In this document: positions 1 through 12,420 of the stretch, piece after piece
Numbering within the stretch: position 1 is the stretch's first letter
How the letters are laid out: every line of letters starts with the position of its first letter
Source of the DNA: Vicugna vicugna
Lineage: Eukaryota
Direction: 5' to 3'
DNA: 64,000 nucleotides
Assembly: GCA_013265495.1 (NCBI GenBank)
Contig: PNXW01004639.1
Span: 1-64,000, forward strand
The notes under the pieces: generated by a model
What the model was told of the DNA's origin: nothing
What the model saw: only the letters and a program-made list of their open reading frames with translations
Databases searched by the model: none
Translations under genes and position numbers: made by a program

Positions 1-699
1 AAGGCTGGTCGTTGCCTGAACAACTGTCTCCCCTTCTCCTTACTCACAGAACCTGTGATGATAGTCCGAGGACTGTGTGTCTCCCCCAGACACACATGAA
101 GCCAGCTTTAACAGTGTAACTAAGTTTAGCTGACGAAGTGTCATCAGTGTGGTCCTTCCGGAGTGTTCAATCAAAGAGCAGTGAGTGGAAATTACACTTG
201 GGGGTCGAATAGGCTGGACAGCAGCAGAATAATGACATCTGCGGAAAGTCACTGTGAATCCAGATAAAATCCAGAGGTGAAGTGCTTCATGGCGGTAGAG
301 ACAGGAAGTAAGGAGGGAGCTGGACGGCGCTGGTCAGGCGCTCAGCTGAGCTGGAGGGGAAGCTGAGCTGATTATGGCCACTGGCCAAAGGGAAAGAGCT
401 AAGCCTTTAATCCCTTCCTGAGATGGTGGAAGCAAGAGGCTGAAACCAGAGAAGTGTCGACTCCCCCGACTCCGGTTCCCGCATGGCATGGGCGCCCAGT
501 GAAGGTCAGGAGGATCTGTGCAGATGTGGGGGTGCCTACAGTTGAGGACACCCGGAGCAAAAGGCTCCCACAGTTTTATGGACCATGGGGTCGGGTGAGG
601 TCAGGGGAAGTGCAGGGGTGCGGTGCAGGGGGTGCAGAGAGACTGGGGAGACATGGCTCCCCTTTCCTCATAACGGAGATCTTGGCAGAGCCGCCCAAG

Positions 700-2238
700 G
701 TCTCAGATAAAGAGACCTGGGAGCAAAGGCCCTGGGGCTGGGCATTTAAATACAAGAAGTGCATGGCCGTCAGAGGGTCCCAAGTCCTTGACTGCAACTC
801 CCTTCAGAGATTTCACTGCACTGCCTGTGCCCCATATTCAGATCTGTCAGGGAAAGCCTTGATAATTGCCTATGGTCAGGCTCAAGAAAGCGCACAGAGG
901 TTTTCAGTCCGGAGCCAGACTCTTCAGAGGTGAAATAATTTCTGCATCGCCTTTACCCAGCGTGGATGGCTCTAGGCAGGCCCGGGGGCTCAGAGTCTAA
1001 GCTTTGAGTCCACAGAGGATGCCGCTGGAGGGTAGCAGGAACGACAGAGCTAGAGTGGAATTCATGAGCCCCATGCATGTAGTCAATTTTCCTCTGAAAA
1101 TATTTGCCGAATTCTGGGCCTTATGGGGCAGGAGATTTAAAAACTGGGTGGGAAGCCTCTGAAAAGCATAACAGAGCGTCACCAGTCTTATCAAACAGTA
1201 ATTGCAGGGCAGGACCTGAAGCTGGGAGGGCTCATGGAGAACACCCGAAGCTCTTGGTTGGTCCAGATCAGACCAGCGTAGGATAAGCATCAGTGGGGCC
1301 CTAAAGCAGCTGTGACTCAGGACAGTTTGAACTAAGCCTCTACTGTCTGAGCACAGTAGGAAAGATAAATACCGTCCGGAGGAACATATCATCACCTTAA
1401 GCCTCTTAATTTGTTTTACTACAGAAAAACCAGCATTTAATGAAAATTGCTAGAGCACAAAATTAATATCAAAGCCAAAAGTAAAATAAAATAAATAACA
1501 TAGAAACAGGCTCACAAATGATTGAGATACTGGTGCTAACTGACAAGGACTTCAAAATAATTAAGATCAGTCTATCACAATGCTAGAAATATGATGGAAA
1601 AAATGGAGATTTTGGCAGAGAATTTGCATCCATAAAAGGAAAGATTTCTAGAACCGAAAATAAATTATCAAAGAGTGGTTATATCAGCGGGATGAAGATA
1701 ATGGAAGACAAGATTACTGAAACTACGTTAATACAAAATTTAAAGGTGAAGTACGTTGAGAAATAAGGAACATTACAGATAGGGGAGTTGTAGGAGATTT
1801 GTGAGACAAATGAAAAAGTATAATATACCTGTAACTGGGAGTCCTAAAAGGAGAAAAGGGAAAAATGAGGCAGAGGCAACATTTTAAGAGACAATGGCAG
1901 AATTCTGCAAAACATCAGGTGGTGCATGGAAGAAGTTCTGCCGCACAGGCAAGATAAGTACAGAGAAAGCCCCCACCCTAGGAAAATCACAGAAGAGCAA
2001 AGGCAGTGAGCATCATTAAGCACACGAGGAAAAGAGGCATTGCCTTCAGAGGAACAGCAGTGAGAGGTGGAGCTGGATTTTCAGTAGGCAGTGTGGAAAT
2101 CCTAAGATAATAGAATAACATATTTAAATTCCTGAAAGATGATAACTGCAAATATAGAATCCATTTGTCAGCAAAAGTTCCTTCAAAAATGAAGTAAAAA
2201 GACAGATGTTTTCAGGGGAAATACTGAGATTATTATGC
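700..2238 (+). mobile_element. Ancient L1 (L1MC/ME-like) 5' region and decayed ORF1
   Basis: L1M-type 5' motif 'aattttcctctgaaaatatttgccgaattctg' near 1086. A-rich ORF1-like sequence follows (gacaaggacttcaaaataa; ctgtaactgggagtcctaaaaggaga; gataactgcaaatatagaatcc). No intact frame. Confidence 0.7.
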
Positions 2239-2279
2239 CGTTTACGGCCAGTGGGGGTGCCACAGGACAGCGTGAAAGC

Positions 2280-2503
2280 TGGATGTAAGCAGTCTGTTAT
2301 CTTTTGAAGACATTTCTAGAAGGAAGAAACAAATCCTTGGCTCTCCCCACATTGTTACCATTTTGATACTCTTTGTGCACTTGTGTAAATCCCTATTTCT
2401 ATCTGGTATAATTTCCTTCTACTTCAAGGAAGGACTTCCTTGAACATTTTTTTCTAGTGAAGAACTGTCGGTGATGAGTTCTTTTAAGGTTTTGTATGTG
2501 TGA
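2280..2503 (-). mobile_element. L1 ORF1-end/inter-ORF fragment in inverted orientation
   Basis: Reverse complement 'tcacacatacaaaaccttaaaagaactcatcacc...aaatgttcaaggaagtcctt...gaaggaaattataccagatagaaa' resembles the end of old L1 ORF1. Confidence 0.7.
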
Positions 2504-2507
2504 CCAT

Positions 2508-2895
2508 ATGGAAAAAAGTAGAGCAACTGAAACCCCCATGTACCCCTGGAGGGAATGTAAAAGGTACAATCACGGTGGAAAACTGACAGTTTCTTGGAAC
2601 AATCCACAAATGGTCTTGATCCTCCCAGTCCACTCCTACCTGGGTATTTATCCAAGAGATACGAAACTTCATGTCCAGAGAATTGATACAAATGTTCATC
2701 ATAGCTGTATTTATAATACACCAAACTGGGGATAACCCAAGTATTTACTATATATATTTAGACTGGGGGAGTGGGTAAACAAAGTGTGGCATATATACAC
2801 CAAGGAATAGTCCTCAACAAGAGAAAGATGATTATTGGTGTACACAACAGATGGATACACTTCAAAATTATTCTGAATGGAAGAAGTCAGGCAGT
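2508..2895 (+). mobile_element. Ancient L1 (L1MD/ME-like) ORF2 end and 3' UTR fragment
   Basis: 'gagcaactgaaaccc...gggaatgtaaaaggtacaatcac...ccactcct...ggtatttatccaagaga...aaatgttcatcatagctgtatttataata...aaactgg' is a typical L1M 3' region. Confidence 0.8.
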
Positions 2896-3214
2896 CAGTT
2901 TCCATTTAGGTAATCTTGTATTCAGCGTTTTTTGTACTATATTAAATTTCAAAATGAAAATGTTAACATTTTCTATGCCTGCTCTTTGATACTTTCTACT
3001 TTTTTCTCCTTAAATTATTTAATTTTACATAAACATTGGTAAATTAAAGTTGCTTATAATTGGGGCACACTGGAATTTTTCAATGTGTTTTTTAATTCAT
3101 CTGTATGTATTGCAACCTTTTAAAGCAAAATGTGACTTGAGCCCTACATTTCCATTCACAAAACTTGCTGAGTTACTTTTCAATCGTTTTATGTCCTCAG
3201 TTATACATAGAAAT

Positions 3215-3446
3215 TAGTTGTTCTCAACTAAGAGTGGAGTATGGTTTTCCCCTTTCCTTCCAAGGGACATTTGGCAAGGTCTGCTGACGTTTTTGGTTGT
3301 CACAGCTGGGAAGGTACTCCTGGCATCTGATGGGTAGAGGCCAAAATGTTACTAGGTATCCTATGATACACAGCTCAGCCCCGCCCTGACCCCAAGCAAG
3401 AAATTAGCCAGTTATAACGTCAATAGTGCCAAGGACAAGCAACCCG
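3215..3446 (+). mobile_element. MER20 hAT-Charlie DNA transposon
   Basis: Matches the remembered MER20 consensus: gttctcaac...gggacatttggcaa...ttttggttgtcaca...tggcatct...gggtagaggcca...gtcaatagtgccaagg. Confidence 0.88.
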
Positions 3447-5370
3447 ATGTAAATTATGTATGTATGTATGTATATATGTATGATGTATTATGTTGAATTG
3501 TAAAGAAACAAATGGAAGTTAGCTAATATAGAAAAATCTATTTTAAATTCAGAAAAAAATACAAATACATACTAAGTTAATTTTGTTTCTTAGTCATAGA
3601 ATAAAATAAAAATTCATAATTTAAGCTACTTTAGGAAGTCCACCCATCTAGTATAATGCGATATTATGGCAATTGTTTTTCAAGTAAAAAAGGCTTTTTC
3701 ATTCCACAGAACAGAATAACTTCTAAACATGTTTCTAACCAGCAGTTACATTTTTATAAAGATAGGGGCTCTGATTACATTTTTTAGTAATTTAAATGGT
3801 CATATCCTAAAGTACCTAAAACAGTGCAAATCTTCATGTGAAATGCTCCCTCTCAATCCCCCAGCTCTCTTCTCAACACGTATCTCTCAAACCCTGTTGT
3901 TTTCACTATTAGGTTATTAGCACATTTTTCATGCAAAGAACAAAGCAAATCTAAGGAAAATTATAGCATAATAAGAATTTACAGTACATTATGAATATTT
4001 TGGTATTTCCCCATAAAACCAGATTGTTAGCATAAAAACATTTCATAGGATCAACTTAGTTAATATTTTTCTGAAGATGATAAATTCAGATATACTGGTT
4101 AAATTCAGACATATTTCTCACAGTAAATTTTAAAAACTTGTATCCTGAAGACTATCTGGACCTTCAGAAATGTCCTGTATTTAGTTCTATTACTTTCAAG
4201 CTAAAAGTTACTTGCCATTTCATTATTGTGTTATCAATCTGGGATAGTCATTTAGGAGAATGTCATAGCTTTAACTCTGTTGATATATTCTAAACCCACT
4301 CTAAAGTTCCGACATAAACATCATGGCACAAGACTAATTGAAGATTAGATATAGGGTATCTTTCTTAATGTTGTTTTAGTTTGCCCAGTGGGGAGAGAGA
4401 AACTCTGAAGCTTAATCCTGTTAATTAGCTTTTGGCAAACACAGCTACAAACAGTTTAGAAGTCCTATCTCACTCCAGTGTATGGAAGTTTAACAAAACA
4501 TGCTGATAGCCATAGCTTGCCCTTACTGTTCTATTTTTAATCACCCTTCCACTCATTATTGCTGGGGCTCCCATTCTGCAAAGCAGAGAATTAGAGGAAA
4601 GGTGGGGCTGGGGTTTATTTTGTAAAGATTAACTTAAAATGTTTCTTAAAAGGGCAACCACACATATCACATTAGCTGTACAACAACATCTATCAATTTA
4701 TGGCTTTAACATATTGTGGAATCTGAAGCATCTATAGGAAAATAATGTCCAAAGTTGACTTCCAATCATGGCGCCATGAACGGTTGAGTGGCTCTTACAA
4801 GTACAATCGAATGCAGCAGACTCCTAGGCGAGTGTTGCCTAAATTGAACCTAGTTCTTCTAATCAACCTCAGAGAGCACTGTAGCTCAGTGTGTTTAACC
4901 CAGATGGAACAGCCGACAGAAAACACTACAGTGAAAGAAATTCAGGAAGAGACAAGCCTAGGAATAGTATTTGTAGTTGTGCAAAGACATCAGAGAATGC
5001 AATTCCCATGAGCTTTGTCTGTGTTCCATAATTATTTTCAGATGGCAAAGGAAAGCTTTTACTTCGGGCATCTGGATGAATATCTCTAAAGGAAGAGTGT
5101 ATATACGTGTTGTAAATAAAATCACTAGGCCTCCAATGATAGGGTTAATTGTCTTAAAATAATAGGACCATTGCCAGCATGTGGGCAGTAGATTTGCCAT
5201 GATGACGTTTAGTTCTTCATGTTTTTGCAGCATTAAAGTATATTAAAAATATCCCTGCACATGAATTCCTGTAGCCAGCTGTACCTCCGATATTTCAGTC
5301 TTTTTCTTTTCTCTTCTTGTTTTCTCTTCTATTAGTTGTTTCCCAGTTTATTTTGGTCTCTTCTGGATTC

Positions 5371-5560
5371 TATTAGCATTTATTGAGAACTTACGAAACA
5401 CTGGGCATTGTGTTAAGCACTTAAAAATATTTTTTCCTTTCATTCCACAACAACCTCATGTGACAGTACTATCACATGCCACATAGTTGTGAAAAATGAG
5501 GCTTCAATAATTACTCATTCATAGTAAGTGACAGAGTTGGAATTTAAAAGCCCAAACTTT
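5371..5560 (-). mobile_element. MIR SINE
   Basis: 'agcatttattgag...ggcattgtgttaagcact...cacaacaacctcatg...aaatgaggct...tagtaagtgacagagttggaattt' is an antisense MIR core. Confidence 0.75.
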
Positions 5561-6996
5561 GCCTCCCTGCCACTTCCTGTACCACTTGCCACTTACTACC
5601 TCCTCACCACCATGCCTTTCTTTTCCCTGAAGGAAAGCAGTGTTGCCTAAGTCACGGGATTCAGAAGTGTATTTGTAAAACTCCACGCTGGACTTCCTCT
5701 TTGAACCATCTGAATTTCTTTGATATCAGAAGGAACTGGAAGTAGGGAATTTAATTATGGGTAGCTTGATAGCAAAACATGGCAAAGTATTACTGCTACT
5801 TTTATTATAAACAGGATTTAGATTGCTTTTGCCTAGCTTAAATTGCCTCAGTTTTTAAATCTAAAAATGGTGGTTGACACTGTCAGCTCAAGGGGAAACT
5901 GAGATTATTCCAGGGATGTTCTGGACTCCTGTCTGTTTCATAGTAGGCCTCCCATCCAAGGGAAATGCCACTCCTGAAAGGAAGGCAGACACTAGCCGAA
6001 AAAGAGAAGGTCACAGGGCTCCGCACACAGAACATCTGTCAAATTCGGGGCAGTACGGTTCCTGGGATCAGATGTTGCCACCGTATCCATCAGTGCAGAT
6101 GCTAGAGAGCTGGTGACTTAGAAACAGATGTGTGGGTGTCTGGCGGGAATATCTGTGGCTCAGCATACTTTTCCGAATGGCAGATGTTACCCTAGTTGTT
6201 CCCTTTCTAGAGAATTTCACCATTTATTGTGATTTATAAATAAAGCAGCATTTTTATGTATTTTAGTTATATATTCTCACATGGAATTGTCCTATACTGG
6301 GAAAACATACTCACCTATTGGTTTCCTCATTTTTGCCTTTCTCCAACACAAAGGAAGTCACACACGAATGGCTGCTCTAACTCTGTGTCAAAATAGACGA
6401 AGCTTCCCGTAGAAAGGAATCCAAACCATGCAAGGCCCTGGTAACTCTTGCAGAGTTTTATCTCTGAACTTTATTAATGGTTAAAGCATCTTTGAAGGTT
6501 TAGATAACTCGGGAACCTGTGATGCACAGGCAGTGCTGTCTTAGCACATTGTTTGCGAACATCTGCTAACTCTGTATTTACAGGAATGCTCTGCCGGGTT
6601 GAGTCAAAGTTGAAAGATAAACTCTGCTGTTCACTTCTGTAGCACAGAGGATTTCCATACCATGTACCGTGGCTGCGTGTGACAGTCATGTGGAACATTA
6701 AAGAGTGACAGCCCAGTCATCTGAAATAGTTTAGGTGAAAGGGAGGAATTGTTCGCAGGATAAGATCACTCATGTGGTCGAAGGGAGGGCAGACTTAGAG
6801 CCGGGCGGCAGGAGCCGTGGGGACACAGGAGAACTCTCTCTCGTCATCTCTCACGTGGGCTTTTTATCTTTCTGCCGCGGCGCAGCTTCTAACAAACGAC
6901 AGGAAACGTGGCTTCCACCACCCATGACCCTCAAATCCATGAGGCCCCTACCACAGAAGGATTGACTCGTGCCCGGGAGACCCAAAGAAAGACTTG

Positions 6997-7038
6997 GACT
7001 CCCCAGCTTAGGTCACAGACTCCCCAGCTCAGGTCACA
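6997..7038. repeat. 21-bp tandem duplication (gactccccagctYaggtcaca x2)
   Basis: Two adjacent copies at 6997-7017 and 7018-7038, differing at one base. Confidence 0.9.
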
Positions 7039-7184
7039 AGCCCACGCCTCCACGAAGTGACGGTGGCCATGGCAGCGTGCAGCCTGTGCGCGTAGTCAGT
7101 ACAGCACAGCCTCAGTGGGCGTCGTATCGGTCGCTAACATACTCCATTGCCACGTACAACTCTGAGTAATGCGCCTTCGGTAAC

Positions 7185-7350
7185 AGACCTAATCTCACAG
7201 TCCTGGAAGACGGGCACTGCTGTTATCAATCTCACGTTGCAGGCAAGACTCAACTGAGGCACAGAGAGTTTAAGTAACCTGTTCAAAGTCTGAGTAACTT
7301 GCTCGACGAGGTAGCACAGCAGAATCCGGCAATCTTTGAGCTTCAGTCCT
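7185..7350 (-). mobile_element. MIR SINE fragment
   Basis: 'aatctcacagtcctg...ttatcaatctcacgttgcag...aactgaggcacagagagtttaagtaacctgttcaaagtc' matches the MIR core. Confidence 0.7.
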
Positions 7351-8389
7351 ATTTAAAACAAACAGAGGTGAGGGCTTTTGAGATCCTGAGTATGGTATAG
7401 TTTAATATACGGTGGTGCTTGGTGAGGGAGCAGAGTGTTTTCTTAGTTCATCATTTTACCGAAATCTGCCTTTTTAGAGCTTTGGCTCAGTCTTGTGCTG
7501 GCCCTAGGATTTGTCTCCAGTTGTCTGTGCGTGTGTCCGTTTAAACCCAAAGCCCCCAAGCTACAAGGGATGGGCAGATGTCCTTAGGGCATTTCTTGGC
7601 TTTAGAGCACTGTTGCTTTTGTGAGTTATGCTTCCTTATTATTTTTTATCTCCTCTTTTCCAGTCCAGATGTACATGTAAAGAGATTTTATAATATTTTA
7701 TTTAGCATAAAATTTGATCTTTACCAGTAGAATTGCCAGAAGATGAAGGTCTATTATACGTTATATATGTAAACAGCAGCAAAGATTGTTCATTAAGAGT
7801 GAACACTTAGAAAAAATTAACAAACCTATTGTGTTATCAAAGATATGGACAGGAAATATCTTATTCTTCACAGAAACATGATATGAGAAGAAATCTGTAC
7901 CTATAAAATTTCCACATTGGTGGCATCCATCAGTTAGTAAATTTGCAAATTATTTAGTGCTTATAAATGGCAGGCACCTAGTAGAAAATCCAAACGTGGG
8001 GGTGGCATTATTTTTTACCTTAGTATCGCATTCATCTGTGTTTTTTAACTGGCCAGGGCGTACTAACGAACGGTTTTGGATGTAGATTTTGTATAAGTGT
8101 ATTGAGGTTGGGTGGTTGTGTCTGATTTTCTTGAAGATGGGCAAACTGGGAGATGAAGAAGACAGAAAGAATAGAGTTCTTCTGATACCTTGGAAATAAA
8201 AGCAAAGATAGGAATTATCTGAGGAATGTTAAAAGTCAGTTTAGAATGGGTGCCTTGTAAAATAAATAGAAACAATCATCTTTGAGGTACATACTGGTTT
8301 ACAGTTCCTTTGGTTGTAATGCATCTGATATTAGCATCTAAGGGAAGTAAAACCCTCTTCTGTTTTCATAAATATGTGGAATATATTGG

Positions 8390-9830
8390 CAGACTAATGC
8401 TTCTGGAGAAAGCAACTAAAATTTTTATCTAAGATACAAAAAATACCTTTTCACGTATCTATATGTTGACAAGAGAGTCAGGAATACTAAGTCCAGGGCC
8501 TGAGTGAAGGTGGGAACACTCAGAGGCTTTGAAATTATTTTCTTCCTGATCCCACTGAACTTGAACACATGTTTTCACAGCCTTTGCAGAGTTTTATGAC
8601 AGAAGTTGTCAGACTCCCCCACCTCAATAATTCTCAGACTCCAAAAGGGCCATAGCCCGAGGCTGCAGGAGAACTGGAAACAATGCCATTCTACCACAGA
8701 GGTCTTCAAGAAAAACGCCTATGCGGTCATATTTCTCCTGAGCAGAGAGGGGGGAAAATTCCCATGAGAACATGTCGTGATAAACCTGTCTTCTCAGAGG
8801 ATGACAGCCTGAATTCACACATGTGTGTGACATGCACACACACGCTAAAGCTGTGAATGTGGCTTAGTGAGCCTGACCTGTACCTGCAGAGGCAGATGCC
8901 AGCCTGTTCTGGAGAATAGCATCCCTGGCTTCAAATACTTCTGCATGTACAGTTTCAAGCAAATCAAACACCTGATAGTAAAATAAAAGCATAAAAACAT
9001 ATAAAGAAACCAGGCACTCTGAACAATGCTAGAAGAAATGACAATAGCAAAATCTGGGGACTGGGTATCATGAATGGGAATTATAAGCATCTTATACAAG
9101 TAGAGAGAACTTTAAAATAATCATAAAAAGCAAGAAGATTGGGGGAATGATTTTTCTAATTCCTAGAAATAAAAAATAATAATAATATTTAAAGTTTGAA
9201 AGTTGATGAAATCAAATTAAAAACTGAAGAAAATAGCCAGAATTCAGCCCAGAGTAATAGAAGAATAGAAAATAAGACAAACAGATTAAAGGTATAGAAA
9301 AGTTAAAAGGCTTAATAGTTCCTGATGGAAAGGAGGAGAAAAAATGGGGTAGAAGTATTATCTAAAGGTCTAATGGCTGAGAACTTCCCAGAATTTGAAA
9401 GACACCCAAGTGTGTTAATTCAAGAAGCCCAATGAGCTTTAAATAAAAATAAACACTGTGTAAAAAGAAATAACCAAAAAAACAAATAAAGAAATCCACG
9501 CTTAACGCCATGATAGTGAAATTTAAAACACCAAGAGCAACAGCCTAACATTTAAAGCAGCCAAAGAGAAATTCTGATTATTGAAATGGAGCAATAATTA
9601 GACTGACATCTGACTTTACAGTAAGGAAGTGAAAGCTCAGAAGCAGTGCAGTAGTATCCTACATGAAGATGACTGTTGATGGCACACTCTGTAGCCAATA
9701 AAAATAGTCCTTTTCAAGAAAGAAGGAAAAATAAAGACAAGTGTAGATAATCAAAAACTGTGGTTGCCACCAATAAATTCACATTAAAGAAATTATAGAT
9801 AGAAGAAACACTGTTTCTAGGTAGATGGGC
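8390..9830 (+). mobile_element. Ancient L1M/HAL1-like 5' region and decayed ORF1
   Basis: A-rich ORF1-like motifs: 'taatggctgagaacttcccagaatttgaaagacacc', 'tcaagaagcccaatgag', 'aagaaatccac...atagtgaaatt', 'aattagactgacatctgacttt'. Confidence 0.7.
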
Positions 9831-9889
9831 TGAGAGGTTAGCTCTTACAAAGCTAAGAACTCTGAGGCAGCATTCACAGGCAGAGGCTC

Positions 9890-10110
9890 GAAAGAGTGAT
9901 TATGAGCTTAGACTCTGAAGCCAACCGTGGGCACTGAAAACTTCGCTCTGTCATTTAATGGGTGTGATCATGCGAAAATTAATTAACCTCCGTCTGCCCT
10001 TTTCTTCTCCTTTGTAAAATGGTGATAATAACACTCTTTCCTTTGTGAGTTATTACCAGGAGGATGTGGAAAATGTATTGGAAAAATATCTGAAACACAA
10101 TGTGTGTTAG
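9890..10110 (+). mobile_element. MIR SINE
   Basis: 'gactctgaagcca...gctctgtcattta...tgtgatc...aattaacctccgtctgcc...tttgtaaaatggtgataataac'. Confidence 0.75.
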
Positions 10111-12274
10111 GATTAAGACTGTATAAAACAATAATGGTAATGTAGTGTGGTGTTTAAAAGATCTTAAATTACACAAGAATAATAATAGCCTTGAAGCCAG
10201 GAGTCATGGATGTAATTAAGTTGTTTGGAAAAGGGGAAAGATATTAATTTTTGGCTTAGGTAAGTATGCGTGTTAGAATTTCTAGGGAAACCAGCAAAAC
10301 AATAGAAATAGAGTTGAATACCTTCCAAAAAGCAAAGGGAAAATAGAATGAGAATCCTTTGGAAAGCTGTCTTGTGAGTGGGTTCAGCCAGTGAGAGGCA
10401 TGGGAAGGAGACTGGAAGTGAGAGGAAGAGGGAACTGGGGTGCCCCTCCATGCGCTCCCCGCCTCCCCCCACCACAGCTTGCTGTGGCTCCGGCTTTGGC
10501 CCGCTGACCCAGTAGGTGCTATAAACCTGCTTTCTCGTCTGAGAAAAGAAACAAGTTCCTGCTGTTGTTTCTACTGTCTCCTGAGTAGTCAGTCTTTTCC
10601 GCTACCAGTGTGACCATGCATTAGACTGTGTCTGTTCAACACTATGGTTTGTTACATTTGTTGGTCCTTCCTTAGTACTATGGTGAAAGATCCATCAAGG
10701 TAAACTAGCAAAAGACAGAAAGTATTTAATAAGTCCTTAATCCCTGCTCTGACTCTCTGCTTACTGAGTCACTTTCTAGCCATAGTGAGATTTTTTTCAA
10801 ATGGCTTCCTTGAAAGAGACAGTGTGCTCGTTATGTCTGAACAAGTCTGTCAGTCTTCTGGATAGTTATTTTCTTGAGTTTCTGTAAATTTTGAAAGGCA
10901 ATCCACTATGAGTACTGATGCTTAAATGTTTCATCTGATGATATTGCAGATCAGACCCAGAAGAAGGGTTCATTCTATAAGTGAGGCATTTTAACTGATA
11001 CCCAACTGGTCTCTCCCAGTGAGCCAGCAACCAGTACTGTTTATTTAGATTTCTTTGTGTAGGTTGTATTTTTGTTTTAAAGGGTGCTACAAATATTTTG
11101 AGAAAGATAAGCACATTGGTATTCCTGGTAGAAAATTCAAAGAACACTCTTTTTCTGATACCACTGGAAGTGTGGCTCTTGGAGATAATAAATGCTCTCT
11201 CTATCTCTCTAAGGGCTATATAGACTTTAACAGAAAAACAAAGGATTTTAAAAGCCTTCAAGGACAGGACTTTAAATATTTTAGAAAGATCAACTCTTTT
11301 TATAAAGCACTTATCTTTTTATTAGGCAATGTAAAAATTCCCAACTCTAGCTGGTGTATTTCTATAAACAGATGGAAAAGGCACTTTCACAGTTATAACT
11401 GAACTTTGTTAAGATGTTTGCAGCTCTTAATTAGTGTGCAAAACTTGGATGCCAATGCTTTCCTTTGCTCAGTGTATTCTCAATACATTATAGTCTGCAG
11501 TTGCTTACTGATGGCAGTCAGGAAGGGCCCAGAGGCAACGCCAAAGGAGAGGGCATTGAAGGAAAAATCTTCACGAGCTTCTTAAATGACATATTCCTAT
11601 CTCTATGGCCAAGAATTCTCAACACAAGATTACATGACAGAAACTAACTTTAGTAAAATAGTAAATTAAAAACGGTTGTCTTTGAGTTAAAAACTGTACG
11701 ATATTGTTCTTTAGGCACCTTGTGGAATGCCAGTTCCTTGAGTTTTTTTTTTTAAGACAAGAAACTAGAGATCTACATGGCAGATAAAAACATTCAGAGT
11801 TTTATATTCTTACTGTAGAAAACTTGATGGAGTAGAAAAATAATGAGAATATGAAATTAGAAAACTCAAAAGACACTTTGTGTAAAACAGATGAATATCT
11901 GAAGAGGAAGAAGTTTATAAAATCATCTAATAATTAGTTAAAAGATAGGATGAATTGGGGAATTAGAGGAGTCATTCATTTAGAAAGCAAGATAGCTAAC
12001 TCTCTCATCTGCCTCTTCTGTTATTATAGAATTGGGTCAAGATTGATTTAAGTAATCAGTTGATGAATCTTTGATAAAATAAGTGTTAAAAGAGAAAATA
12101 AAAAAAAATACACCAGTAAAAATGATAGAGGACCAAAGTGTTAGAGCAGTGAGGAGCATTCAAGAACTGTTTATCTTATGTATTAAATGCTCCCACATAT
12201 ACCAGAAGGAATTTCGGGAGGTGAATGACTAGCTCACCCCGCCAGCAGCAGAGCTGGGTTTAGAATTTGGGATA

Positions 12275-12420
12275 CAGGAGCCAGTAGCCTCCAGTATCAC
12301 CTGGGAACTTGTTAAAAATGTGGAGGCCCAAGTTCCATCCCAGATCCACTCCACCTGAATCCGCATTTTAACAAGAGTCTGAGGTGATTCTAACCACATT
12401 AAAAATGCTCAGAAGCCTTA
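12275..12420. mobile_element. MER5-type hAT-Charlie element
   Basis: 'agtatcacctgggaacttgttaaaaatg...cccagatccact...gaatccgcattttaacaaga...aggtgattct'. Confidence 0.75.

Noticed and set aside
4745..5233. Overlapping ORFs and 14-bp palindrome tcatggcgccatga (4766-4779)
   Set aside because: No protein similarity recognised. A single 14-bp palindrome is expected by chance in 64 kb.
11055..11402. 115-aa ORF
   Set aside because: AT-rich, non-ATG start, no recognisable family or exon boundaries.
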